NCBI GenBank assembly: GCA_963793425.1
Contig: CAWCAG010000005.1
Span: forward strand, 1,024,001-1,088,000
From: an uncultured cyanobacterium
Lineage (GTDB): Bacteria > Cyanobacteriota > Cyanobacteriia > Cyanobacteriales > CAWCAG01
Length of the DNA: 64,000 nucleotides
Direction of reading: 5' to 3'
Shown piece after piece: positions 8,237 to 17,547 of the stretch. Both the position numbers and the translations under genes were made by a program. Every line of letters begins with the position of its first letter. Position 1 is the first letter of the stretch. The notes under the pieces were generated by a model, which saw nothing but the letters and a program-made list of their open reading frames with translations, was not told the DNA's origin and did no database searches.

Positions 8237-10201
8237 GTGGTCAGATTTTTCAACTCGAAGAACTCTTTATCTACTTGGCTAACTGATAAAGTCAAAAATT
8301 CTTGGGACAATTTAGCCGAGCTGAAAATAGTTACCCTTGGTATACTGTTAATCTCCGGTTCCTTATTGGGTTTGCGCTATCTTGGTTACTCTCAAGCCCT
8401 CGAACTACTGGCTTTTGATCAGTTAGTCCGTTGGCAAAAAGATTTGCCCCCCGACCAGCGTATTTTATTAGTAACAATTGCTGAGGAAGATTTACGGCAG
8501 CAAAAAGACTGGCCGATTCCTGATTTAACCTATGCTCAAGTTTTAGAGAATTTACAAGCTTGGGATGCCAAAGTAATTGGCTTAGATATTTATCGCGATT
8601 TGCCTGTAGAAAAAGGTCGCACCGAACTTATTAAGCAACTTCAAGAGCCTAATGTTTTTGCTATTCGCAGTATTGATATTTTCAAAGGAACTCCTGCCCC
8701 TCCAGAGTTACCCCCAGAAAAAGTTGGTTTCAATGATATTCCCGTAGATCCTGATGGAGTGATCAGACGTAACATCATTTTTGCGATTCCTCAAGGAGAA
8801 GAGTTTTTGACTTCTTTCGCTTTACTTCTTGCCTCAGCCTATTTAGAAGACCAAGATATTAAACAAGAAGAAAGTGAAGAGAATCCTGAATATCTGCAAT
8901 TGGGGGAAGCAACCTTCATTCCCCTTACCCCTAATTCTGGTGGTTATCAAAATGTTGATGCGGGAGGCTATCAAGTTTTGTTTGATTACCGTAATCGCCA
9001 TCAAGTTGCCACAGAAGTCTCTTTTGATGATGTTGTCTTAGGAAATATTGACCCAGATTTAGTTAAAGATAAAATCGTGATTATCGGCAGCACTGCCCCT
9101 AGCCTTAAAGATGCTATGCTTACTCCTTATAGTAGAGGTTTGCTTGCTTCTGCCCAAATGCCTGGGGTGATAATTCATGCTCAATCAGTAAGCCAAATTC
9201 TCGATGCAGCCACCGGAGAGCGCCCTTTACGCTGGTTTTGGTCAGAATGGGTAGAAGGACTCTGGATTGTTGCTTGGGTGGCATTAGGAGGCGTTGTCGG
9301 TTGGCTATTGCGTCATCCTCTTTCTTTGACTATTAGTGCTGGGGTTGGCTTAGGAATTTTGCTATCTACGGCTACTGTTGTTTTTTTTCAGGCTGGCTGG
9401 ATACCTTTAGCTTCCCCCGCCATAGGCTTTTTCTTAACTATCGGGGTAGCAGTTACTTATCAATCTTATCAAGACCATCAACAACACCAGATGGTCATGA
9501 AACTTTTGGGACAAAATACTTCTCCTGAAATTGCTAATGCTTTGTGGCAAGGTAGAGATTATCTGTTGAAATCCGGCAAACTACCAGGGAAAAAGCTAAC
9601 TGCAACGACGATGTTTGTTGATATTAAAGGTTTTAGTACCATTTCTGAGAAAATGCCTCCGGAGAATTTACTAAACTGGCTGAATGAATTGCTTGATGTT
9701 ATGACCCGTGAAGTTATTAAACGGGAAGGGGCTATCAATAAGTTTACTGGAGATGGGTTGATGGCAGTGTTTGGTGTTCCTTTGTCTCATTTCCACACTG
9801 AAGAAATCCAAACAGATGCCCAACACTGTGTTAATTGTGCCTTGGCTATTAGCGATCGCTTAGAAGAAATGAATGCTAATTGGTTGAGGCGAGGTTTACC
9901 AGTAATTCAAATTCGCATTGGTATTTTTACTGGGGCTGTAGTGGTGGGTAGTTTGGGGGGGAAAGACCGTTTAGAATATGGTGTAATTGGCGATAGTGTC
10001 AATATTGCGGCACGTTTAGAAGGTTGTGAAAAAGATCGTCAGCCTAGTAATTGTCGTATTTTAATCGCGAAGGAAACTTTAGTTCATCTTAAAGAAAAGG
10101 TGGAAGTGGAAGCATGGGGGCTTATAGCTTTGAAGGGTAAGGAACAAATGGTTGATGTTTATAGAGTGACAGGTCGTCTTTTACCAAAGAGTAGAAATTA
10201 A
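8237..10201 (+). CDS. CHASE2-domain class III adenylate/guanylate cyclase
   Basis: CHASE2 (IGLDIYRD, DPDGVIRR, PGVIIHAQ), 3 TM, cyclase motifs FVDIKGFS, KFTGDG, IGDSVNIAARLE. Confidence 0.92.
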   Translation: MVRFFNSKNSLSTWLTDKVKNSWDNLAELKIVTLGILLISGSLLGLRYLGYSQALELLAFDQLVRWQKDLPPDQRILLVTIAEEDLRQQKDWPIPDLTYAQVLENLQAWDAKVIGLDIYRDLPVEKGRTELIKQLQEPNVFAIRSIDIFKGTPAPPELPPEKVGFNDIPVDPDGVIRRNIIFAIPQGEEFLTSFALLLASAYLEDQDIKQEESEENPEYLQLGEATFIPLTPNSGGYQNVDAGGYQVLFDYRNRHQVATEVSFDDVVLGNIDPDLVKDKIVIIGSTAPSLKDAMLTPYSRGLLASAQMPGVIIHAQSVSQILDAATGERPLRWFWSEWVEGLWIVAWVALGGVVGWLLRHPLSLTISAGVGLGILLSTATVVFFQAGWIPLASPAIGFFLTIGVAVTYQSYQDHQQHQMVMKLLGQNTSPEIANALWQGRDYLLKSGKLPGKKLTATTMFVDIKGFSTISEKMPPENLLNWLNELLDVMTREVIKREGAINKFTGDGLMAVFGVPLSHFHTEEIQTDAQHCVNCALAISDRLEEMNANWLRRGLPVIQIRIGIFTGAVVVGSLGGKDRLEYGVIGDSVNIAARLEGCEKDRQPSNCRILIAKETLVHLKEKVEVEAWGLIALKGKEQMVDVYRVTGRLLPKSRN

Positions 10202-10224
10202 ATTTCGTAGAAATTATTTAAAAA

Positions 10225-10674
10225 TTAATCTTCATTTTCAGGCAAAAAGTCAGCTTTCCAAACCTCTTCTGGACTAAAAGGACATTCTAAGGGAAAAATG
10301 TTTAAATTAATTCCTGTTTCCTTTGCTGCCCTATCACGAGCTTTCTGATAACATTGCTCAAAAGCCTCTGGTAGAAATTTCTTCAAACTAGGGCTATCTT
10401 CCAACAGTTCCTCTAAACAGATGCGCTGTTCGCTTATAGTGTTGCGCCAGCTATTACTCCTTTTACCAGGTTGATACATCCACTTTAGTAAGTGCATCAA
10501 TAGTATAATCAAGCGGCTTTTCAATTCCCGCTTTTCACTCCTACCCATACTTTCTACTTCTTCAATCAAGTTAACTAAATCTACCTCTGCAAGTTTCCTC
10601 TCCTGTAACTGTTGGGCAGTTACTTCAGTCCAGAGGTAAAAGTCTTGGTTATAAAGATTTTGGCTTGTTGTCAT
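10225..10674 (-). CDS. DUF29 family protein
   Basis: LYNQDFYLW, NLIEEVESMGRSEKRELKSRL..HLLKW, SPSLK, FPLECPF. Confidence 0.92.
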   Translation of the reverse strand: MTTSQNLYNQDFYLWTEVTAQQLQERKLAEVDLVNLIEEVESMGRSEKRELKSRLIILLMHLLKWMYQPGKRSNSWRNTISEQRICLEELLEDSPSLKKFLPEAFEQCYQKARDRAAKETGINLNIFPLECPFSPEEVWKADFLPENED

Positions 10675-10790
10675 ACTAGATAGGTGTTTACTAGCACAGG
10701 TTATTGGTGAGGGTAGGGAGCAGGGAGCAAGGTTTGGAGAACTTTATCCGGTCGATTTTATAGTGGGCTTATCATAACCGGATTTGGTAT
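10673..10790. mobile_element. MITE-like dispersed element, copy B
   Basis: Imperfect TIRs ATACTAGAT... / ...AACCGGATTTGGTAT; homologous to 3602 and to 14908. Confidence 0.6.
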
Positions 10791-10819
10791 TATAACTGAT
10801 TTCCATTAAATTTATTAGA

Positions 10820-11461
10820 CTATAAAGTGCTTTTCAAAATGTAAACCAACACTGTACAAAATTCCTCATATTGCTCATTATCATCCGATTTTTCATAACC
10901 CTCAATTAACTTTTGTTTTTCTTCCTCAGTCAGGTCATCAATTACATCCAAGATACTCTCAATTGCTTGAGAGCGCATACTTTGCAATAAATCAATGTTG
11001 AGTCCAAGCTTATCAATAGTTGTGGCGGCAGCAACTTGTTTATTTAATTCTTTGCTGGGAAGCATTTGCCCGTCATCTGTGTAGATAAAAAAGTCACCAC
11101 AGTTTTTACTTAAAGGAGAAATCATGAGATTTTCATCATACCAATCTCCTTTTTTGACTCCACAATGCTGAGGTTCTTTAGGTGCTGTTTCTTTCTTACA
11201 TGAAGCCAGCATATTATTATAATTCAGAGCTAGATTAGGATATAACTTTCTAGGTTTGAGGTGTTCAATATGACTCGTATTCTTCCCTATCTGTCTACCA
11301 CAATAGCAACAGATATAACCCTGTTCCTTTAGCAAAAATTCGTGAACAAGAGGCTTTTCTTTCTTTTGCAAGTTATTCCAACTAGGTTGCCAATTCTCAT
11401 CTGCTAACTCTTTCCACTGAGCAAATTCTTCAGGTTCATTGCCTTTATTAATAAATTTCAT
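10820..11461 (-). CDS. HNH endonuclease, TIGR02646/PtuB-like (retron/Septu-associated type)
   Basis: LLKEQGYICCYCGRQI..HIEHLKP..LNYNNMLASC..HCGVKK; 4-bp overlap with the upstream ATPase. Confidence 0.88.
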   Translation of the reverse strand: MKFINKGNEPEEFAQWKELADENWQPSWNNLQKKEKPLVHEFLLKEQGYICCYCGRQIGKNTSHIEHLKPRKLYPNLALNYNNMLASCKKETAPKEPQHCGVKKGDWYDENLMISPLSKNCGDFFIYTDDGQMLPSKELNKQVAAATTIDKLGLNIDLLQSMRSQAIESILDVIDDLTEEEKQKLIEGYEKSDDNEQYEEFCTVLVYILKSTL

Positions 11462-12762
11462 TTACCAAGAATTTCTTTCCGTTTAATAGAAGCTTTTGCT
11501 TTAACTAATTCGGGTTCGGATGAACCAATTTTAATTGCAAGTTCTTGACTTAATTGCCTGGCTTCATCAAGATTTCCTTGAGCAATAACTTTAAATAATT
11601 CCGATAAACTATCCTTAATCTCTTGAGGACGTGCAGGAACTTTCATTAAGTCTTCAAGAATGCGATTACTATCTCTACCAAAAGAACTTTCTGGACGTTT
11701 AGCTACAATTCCTTCAGATGTGGATTCAAGTATATAAATATTCTCAGGTTGAATATTACTAACTACCTGTGGCGAATGGGTAGTGAAAATAAACTGACAA
11801 TTAGGAAAAGTTTGAGTCAAAGTAGAAACTATTTTGCGTTGCCATAAAGGGTGAAGATGTAACTCAATTTCATCAATCAGAACAACACCAATACCTTGCA
11901 GTGGATCAGGCAAACTAGGGTTGGCGATCGCTAATCTTCTCGCCAAGTCTCCAATCATTGCTAACAAGCATTTTTCACCGTCAGATAGTTGATTGATCGT
12001 TATTTCTTGTCCTGCTTTATTAACAGTCATACGCAAAGGAGAACGCCTTACTCGCAAGTTACTAAATTCAGGAATAAGACCAGAAATAGCTTTTCTAACT
12101 GCTTCTAGCTGTTTATCTCGATAATCAGGGTTATCTCTTCTTTCTTCATTTTCTAAGTCTTCTATTGCCCTAAACCATCTAAAGAAACTATCAAAACCAA
12201 TTTGTACACCATCAAGTGCTTTTTCATAAGCATCTATTTGTTGAAATGAATTGTCAGGAATTTCTAGAGGAGTATTGAAAACTGCACGATTAACAGGATA
12301 GTAGATAGTCAAAGGTAGATTTAATTCTGGATGAGTTTCTAACTGATTTCGTATCTCCTTAGTAATTTTTTCTAACTCGTCAAGATAAACACTAACAACT
12401 GGAGGACTCTTTTTCTTATCTATACTAACTATCCAATCTACCTCCTGGGAATTTAATAAGGTTGTTATGTTTATTTGAGCTTTATTTTTTTTCCTTTCGA
12501 TATCTTCTAGTTTTATGGGCTTGCCGTTAGCAAGTTTACTTTCTCTTACAAAGTCTCCGTTTCGTATAATCGTAGTTCTGCTCTCTGGATCGAATTGGAT
12601 CTGCTTTACAAACCAAGATAAAAGTATAGCCAGACAATCAAGTATGCTGGATTTACCAACTCCATTAATACCAATAATTACAGTTGGTTTATCAGTATTA
12701 AACTCTAAAGTTAAATCACTAATGCCGCGAAAAGAATTAATTTTAAGGGACTTAACTTTCAT
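11458..12762 (-). CDS. ABC/AAA ATPase, PtuA-like
   Basis: Walker A GINGVGKS, signature LSDGEK, Walker B/D-loop VVLIDEIELHLHP, H-loop TTHSP. Confidence 0.9.
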   Translation of the reverse strand: MKVKSLKINSFRGISDLTLEFNTDKPTVIIGINGVGKSSILDCLAILLSWFVKQIQFDPESRTTIIRNGDFVRESKLANGKPIKLEDIERKKNKAQINITTLLNSQEVDWIVSIDKKKSPPVVSVYLDELEKITKEIRNQLETHPELNLPLTIYYPVNRAVFNTPLEIPDNSFQQIDAYEKALDGVQIGFDSFFRWFRAIEDLENEERRDNPDYRDKQLEAVRKAISGLIPEFSNLRVRRSPLRMTVNKAGQEITINQLSDGEKCLLAMIGDLARRLAIANPSLPDPLQGIGVVLIDEIELHLHPLWQRKIVSTLTQTFPNCQFIFTTHSPQVVSNIQPENIYILESTSEGIVAKRPESSFGRDSNRILEDLMKVPARPQEIKDSLSELFKVIAQGNLDEARQLSQELAIKIGSSEPELVKAKASIKRKEILGK

Positions 12763-12864
12763 AACTTAAATTTCCCCCTATATTCAAAAATATTATCTTC
12801 CCTAGCTTATTAAAGTAAGCCCTAACTTTAGTAGTCATTGTTTACAATAAAATTAAAAAGTATC

Positions 12865-13345
12865 GGTTCTACCGAACATAGGATGTAAGATTAGTAGTTG
12901 AAGTGCCAAGTCAAAATGCTCCTCAGAGAGAAGTTTTCAAAGTTCCTGAATCCGTAACCTCTCCTTTTAATCAACTTCAACTTGTTGTTAATTCCTTCCA
13001 CTACTCCTTGAGTTGTACGGGAGTCAAAGTAGGCTATAATCTCTCCCATCCAACGCCTTATTGTTCCACAGCTTTTTGGGAAATACGAGTAAGCTTCTCT
13101 ATGCACTGATAATGTTTAACAGTAACTCCTTCTAATTGAAGTAAGTTTGTCATGAGGTTTAATTGAGGATTTGATGGCATTGGTATAAATTAGGTCTAAA
13201 TAGTAGTTTTGTTCTCACTACTGTTTAATCTTTGAAAGAGCTATAATGCAAGCTGGATAAACTTTATAGACATAAAACTATATATTTAAAGCCTGAGTAT
13301 CTATTTTCTTGTTTTGTGCTTTCACATTGCAAGTTCGGTAGAACC
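12865..13345 (-). mobile_element. Internally deleted ISL3-family element (481 bp)
   Basis: 13-bp perfect TIR GGTTCTACCGAAC/GTTCGGTAGAACC; 8-bp duplication AAAGTATC at 12857-12864 and 13346-13353; transposase C-terminus TQGVVEGINNKLKLIKRRGYGFRNF. Confidence 0.93.
12891..13180 (-). pseudogene. ISL3 transposase remnant (N- and C-terminal pieces joined out of frame)
   Basis: N-terminal MPSNPQLNLMTNLLQLEGVTVKHYQ from 13180 joined out of frame to the ISL3 C-terminal motif (12891-13106). Confidence 0.85.
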
Positions 13346-13377
13346 AAAGTATCTTTAACATTGAGGAGGACAAACTA

Positions 13378-13516
13378 ATGCGATTAGAAGACTATTTCAA
13401 CTTTCTTGCTCCTGATGATATTCGCATCAAAGGTCATCGCAGTTGATCCTGCCTATTCAGAACAAATTCGACGAAAACGATTCAAGTATAGAATTATTCA
13501 CCTGCCACTCACTTAA
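13378..13516 (+). pseudogene. Collapsed DUF433 / DUF5615(PIN-like) toxin-antitoxin relic
   Basis: GAGGAGG RBS, then MRLEDYFNFLAPDDIRIKGHR* (DUF433 N-terminus); in another frame VDPAYSEQIRR..YRIIHLPLT*, resembling both ends of the partner toxin. Confidence 0.6.
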
Positions 13517-13535
13517 GTTCTTTAATCTCAAGAAA

Positions 13536-14909
13536 CTAAGCACTAACAAAAGACTTGTTTGTTAACCAACTTTCTCGCTGATCAATAGCTGCTAAAGCGC
13601 GATCGCGATATGCCCCATAACGCTCTTTTTTATTACGAATACGCTTTTCTAAAGTAGGAATAATCCCAAAATTGGGGGGCATAGGTTGGAAATGTTTAGG
13701 AGATGCAGAACTAATAAATTCAAAAAGGGAACCCATCATCGTCGTTTTTGGTACAACTACAGGCTCTAATCCTAAAACTAACCTTGCTGCATTTGTTCCC
13801 GCCAGCCAACCCCCTGCTGCTGCTGCGGTATAGCCTTCTGTTCCGACCAATTGTCCGGCGGCTAGTAGGGTGGGGCGAGTTTTGAATTGGAGGCTAGGAT
13901 GCAGTAATTGGGGGGCGTTGATAAAGGTATTACGGTGCATTACACCCATACGAACAAATTCTGCCTCTTCTAAACCAGGAATAGTTCGGAAAACACGTTT
14001 CTGTTCCCCCCAACGTAAGTTAGTTTGGAAACCAACTAAGTTCCATAACTGTCCTTGTTTGTCTTCCTGACGCAACTGTACCACCGCATAAGGACGTTTA
14101 TCTTTATGTTCGCGAAAATCTCCTAAACGGGCATCAAATAAGCCTACGGGTTTGAGGGGGCCGTAGCGCATGGTATCTTCCCCTCGCTTAGCCAATTCTT
14201 CGATAGGTAGACACCCTTCAAAAAAGGTAGCACTTTCCCGCTCAAAATCCTTAACCTCTGCTTGTTGTGCCTCGCAAAGGGCTTGGCGAAACTGGAGATA
14301 CTGTTCCGGATTAAAAGGACAATTGAGATAAGCTGCTTCTCCTTTGTCGTATCGCGAAGCCAGAAAAGTAATTTCTCTGTTAATAGAATCCCCCACCACG
14401 ATAGGGCTAGCAGCATCAAAAAAGCTAAAATACTCCATGCCCGTAAATTGAAGTAAGTCTTCGGTTAAAGCTTCACTAGTTAGAGGTCCTGTGGTCAAAA
14501 CAGTAACTCCTTGAGTGGGTATATTTTTAACCTCTCCCCGGCGTAACTCAATTAAAGGATGGGAACTAAGAGTTTGGGTTAATTCACTACTAAAAACCCC
14601 CCGATCCACCGCTAAAGCTCCCCCGGCTGGTACATAATGTTCATCGGCTTTAGCAATAATAATTGAACCCAAACGCCGTAACTCTTCATGTAATAAACCG
14701 GCGGCGCGATCGCTGCTTTTTGCACCAAAGGAGTTACTACAAACTAACTCAGCAAGTTCTTTGCTATGATGAGCGGGGCTAGTTTGCACAGGACGCATTT
14801 CGTGAAGAATCACTGGCACTCCTGCTTTGGCAATTTGCCAAGCTGCTTCAGTCCCAGCTAATCCGCCCCCAATTACTTGAATTGGTTGACCATTAAAAAA
14901 TTCTTTCAT
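13536..14909 (-). CDS. trmFO: FAD/folate-dependent tRNA (m5U54) methyltransferase TrmFO (Gid)
   Basis: [49 protein letters not shown]. Confidence 0.96.
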   Translation of the reverse strand: MKEFFNGQPIQVIGGGLAGTEAAWQIAKAGVPVILHEMRPVQTSPAHHSKELAELVCSNSFGAKSSDRAAGLLHEELRRLGSIIIAKADEHYVPAGGALAVDRGVFSSELTQTLSSHPLIELRRGEVKNIPTQGVTVLTTGPLTSEALTEDLLQFTGMEYFSFFDAASPIVVGDSINREITFLASRYDKGEAAYLNCPFNPEQYLQFRQALCEAQQAEVKDFERESATFFEGCLPIEELAKRGEDTMRYGPLKPVGLFDARLGDFREHKDKRPYAVVQLRQEDKQGQLWNLVGFQTNLRWGEQKRVFRTIPGLEEAEFVRMGVMHRNTFINAPQLLHPSLQFKTRPTLLAAGQLVGTEGYTAAAAGGWLAGTNAARLVLGLEPVVVPKTTMMGSLFEFISSASPKHFQPMPPNFGIIPTLEKRIRNKKERYGAYRDRALAAIDQRESWLTNKSFVSA

Positions 14910-14998
14910 ACCAAATCCGGTTACTCAAGTACCGTTATCAAATCGACCGAATAAAGTTTACGGTACTCCTGTTCCCTACTCCCTAATTAATTTGGGTA
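14908..14998. mobile_element. MITE-like dispersed element, copy C (opposite orientation; right end approximate)
   Basis: ATACCAAATCCGGTTA...AAATCGACCGAATAAAGTT...TCCCTACTCCCT matches the reverse complement of 10710-10790. Confidence 0.6.
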
Positions 14999-15102
14999 AA
15001 CTCCCCTATCATACATCGGGTGCTTTTCCCCTAGCCAAATGTAACCAAACTTCGCGACACTAAAGATAGAATCTACAAACACTTCAAGCAAAGGGGCAAT
15101 TT

Positions 15103-15492
15103 ATGGATTACCTCTACTTCTTAGCAAATGCCAGCCTGACCGTCAGAATAGCCGAGTACTTACGTCAAGCAACTCATATTTCCGTCGGTTTCATCACCGT
15201 GGTTCACCAAATTGATGGCTGGGTCATCAAAATTAAACTCAATGAACCTCTTTCACCTTACCAAGACAAAAACTTCCAAGCTTATCTTAATGAATTAGGC
15301 ATTCCCTATCACCCAGAGATTCGCCTACAAATGGTACTTTGGAGCCTAGAGACTGGACAATCTCCGGTAGAAGTTATGCGTCGCTATCAGGTAGCTGTGG
15401 TTTCCCACGGCAGACCAGATAGAACTGATATTGAAGCTTTTCGCCAGCAGTTTACCAAAGGTTTAGGCTATTGTCCAGAGACTTTAGCGTGA
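15103..15492 (+). CDS. Conserved cyanobacterial hypothetical protein
   Basis: 129-aa ORF, MDYLYFLANASLT...GLGYCPETLA; AAGGGG RBS. Confidence 0.75.
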   Translation: MDYLYFLANASLTVRIAEYLRQATHISVGFITVVHQIDGWVIKIKLNEPLSPYQDKNFQAYLNELGIPYHPEIRLQMVLWSLETGQSPVEVMRRYQVAVVSHGRPDRTDIEAFRQQFTKGLGYCPETLA

Positions 15493-15493
15493 A

Positions 15494-15949
15494 TTAACTT
15501 AAATCGCCAAAAGCATCATGAATATATTGAATTAAGGTCAATTGGTATCCCTCTAGGGATATTGGTTGGCCTAATTCCACTTCTTGTTTGCTAAAACTCT
15601 CAACTGCCGAGTTAGTAAGTTTTTTACTTCTTACCAAAGCCAAATCGAACCGACACCGAAGCTGAGTTAAATGAGGATTTTGGGAGATAAATAATTCCGC
15701 TGTTTGCCAAAGCTTAGCTTGTTTTTTAGTTGTTATGGCTAAAACACCATCTCGATCCCAGTTACCAACACTGCGGGTTTTCACTTCAATGAAGACAAGG
15801 TAATCTAGTTTTGGCGTTTGGGCAATAATATCAATCTCTCCCCAGCGACAGCGCCAGCGTTGGTGCAAAACGGCCCATTTTTGGGAAGTTAACCATTGAG
15901 CAACAATTTCTTCTCCTAATTCCCCCAACTTACTGGTATTCTTCATCAT
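15494..15949 (-). CDS. YraN (UPF0102) family protein
   Basis: LGELGE, WRCRWGEIDIIA, FIEVKTRS, CRFD. Confidence 0.92.
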   Translation of the reverse strand: MMKNTSKLGELGEEIVAQWLTSQKWAVLHQRWRCRWGEIDIIAQTPKLDYLVFIEVKTRSVGNWDRDGVLAITTKKQAKLWQTAELFISQNPHLTQLRCRFDLALVRSKKLTNSAVESFSKQEVELGQPISLEGYQLTLIQYIHDAFGDLS

Positions 15950-16075
15950 GATTTATGGGTTGGGAACTGGCAAAACAACTCTACTCAAATGCACTTTAAT
16001 TATTTTTTTATGCCCTAGGTAATTATCAAATTTTTCTCTGATACCAGTTCCCTATTAGGGACTTAACTTTTTGGC

Positions 16076-16723
16076 TTAAGCCATATTACTTTCAATCGCC
16101 CATCGTGCTAATTCAGTACGATTGTGAAGGCTGGTTTTGTTGAGCATATTGGAAACGTGACTTTCAATGGTTCGCTGACTAACATTAAGATGTTCAGCAA
16201 TTTCTCGATTAGCCATTCCCTGGGCTACTAATTGAACTACTTTAAGCTCAGTAGGAGTCAACTCCACATTATCAGGAACTTGAATTCTTTGAATATTTTC
16301 TACACCGCCAGGAGTACGGCGAATGAGACGATTGGCTGAACGGAGGGAAGACTCTACTTGAGCAACTAATTCTTCTGGTTCAAAGGGTTTCACCATATAG
16401 ACATCAGCGCCAGTATTTAGACCTTTCACCCGATCTTGACTTTGACCTTTAGCAGAAAGAAATAGTACTGGAATCCAATTGGTACGAGCATCTTTTCTAA
16501 CGTGATCTACTAGGGCATAGCCATCCATTTCTGGCATCATGACATCACAAATAATCATGTCAGGAATTTTCTGTTCTAAAATATCAAGTGCTTCTCTGCC
16601 ATTTTCAGCAGTTATGACTTGATAGCCTCGAAACTCCAAATAATCTTTGACTAGCAAGATTAAGTTGGGGTCATCGTCGATTAGTAAGAGTTTTTTGCTG
16701 TCTTTTGAACCGTTTTCTCTCAT
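16076..16723 (-). CDS. NarL/LuxR-family response regulator
   Basis: REC (LLIDDD, DVMMP, KPF) plus LuxR HTH (LTPTE..GMANREIA..TIESHVSN); ATG at 16723 preferred. Confidence 0.93.
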   Translation of the reverse strand: MRENGSKDSKKLLLIDDDPNLILLVKDYLEFRGYQVITAENGREALDILEQKIPDMIICDVMMPEMDGYALVDHVRKDARTNWIPVLFLSAKGQSQDRVKGLNTGADVYMVKPFEPEELVAQVESSLRSANRLIRRTPGGVENIQRIQVPDNVELTPTELKVVQLVAQGMANREIAEHLNVSQRTIESHVSNMLNKTSLHNRTELARWAIESNMA

Positions 16724-17010
16724 TTCGTGACACTCTGTATGCCAGGTTTGGCAGTTGTTTATTTTTGCATAATCACAAGCAAACACCCATTATAGCTGTC
16801 ATGCTTTATGGGTGATGGATTGCGGATAGGATTTTTCCTATCTAACTATAGAGTTTAAAGTAAATAGCTACATTCGCTAGGGGGTGATGCAAACTGAGCA
16901 ACAGTAGTTTGTTGGTTTTCATTATTTTGCAGTAAGGGCAAGGACTGTAATCAGGCTAATGAGGAACAGACTATTCCCTAAATCCACCTTGAGCTAGTGA
17001 TCACTATTAG

Positions 17011-17466
17011 CTAAATGTTACGTTTTTTAGCGATATTTTCAAGAGGATGGGAACAGAAGGCATATTCTTCAACAATGGCATTACCCAAGATATGCTCTTG
17101 GAGGATTCTCTCGATAGTTTTTGGGGTCGCATTACGATACCAAACTCCATCGGGATAAACTAAGAGAATTGGCCCTGCTGTACATACTCGCAAGCAATTA
17201 GCTTTAGTGCGAAAAATACAACGGTCACTTATTTCAGTAGGTTGCTCAAGTCCTAACTCTCTCAGTCTTTTTTTGAGATAATTCCAAGCTTCTAAGCTAG
17301 TTTTTTTCGGACAGCATTTAGGCTTAGTTTGGTCAGCACAGAGGAAGATATGCCGCTCAATTTTATTGAGTCCTAACTCTTCTATTTCTTGCTCTAAAGA
17401 ACTATGTTCAGAAGCAAGAGGTGAGAGTTTTTCAGACTCAGACGGCTCTGTAGATATTTCGTTCAC
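17011..17466 (-). CDS. Thioredoxin-like [2Fe-2S] ferredoxin
   Basis: HIFLC..KPKCC, TKANCLRVCTAGP..VYPDGVWY. Confidence 0.88.
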   Translation of the reverse strand: MNEISTEPSESEKLSPLASEHSSLEQEIEELGLNKIERHIFLCADQTKPKCCPKKTSLEAWNYLKKRLRELGLEQPTEISDRCIFRTKANCLRVCTAGPILLVYPDGVWYRNATPKTIERILQEHILGNAIVEEYAFCSHPLENIAKKRNI

Positions 17467-17547
17467 AATATTAGGTTACGGATTTGTTTGCTCATCAGGC
17501 TATTAGCAACTAGCAACTAGCCACTAACAACTAGCCACTAACAATTT

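Noticed and set aside
12763..12864. Possible retron msr-msd upstream of the PtuA-like gene
   Set aside because: No long a1/a2 inverted repeat or msd stem is visible, and there is no reverse transcriptase in the window.
16076..16723. Naming the response regulator ycf29/rre1
   Set aside because: The family is clear but orthology is not recognisable from the sequence alone.
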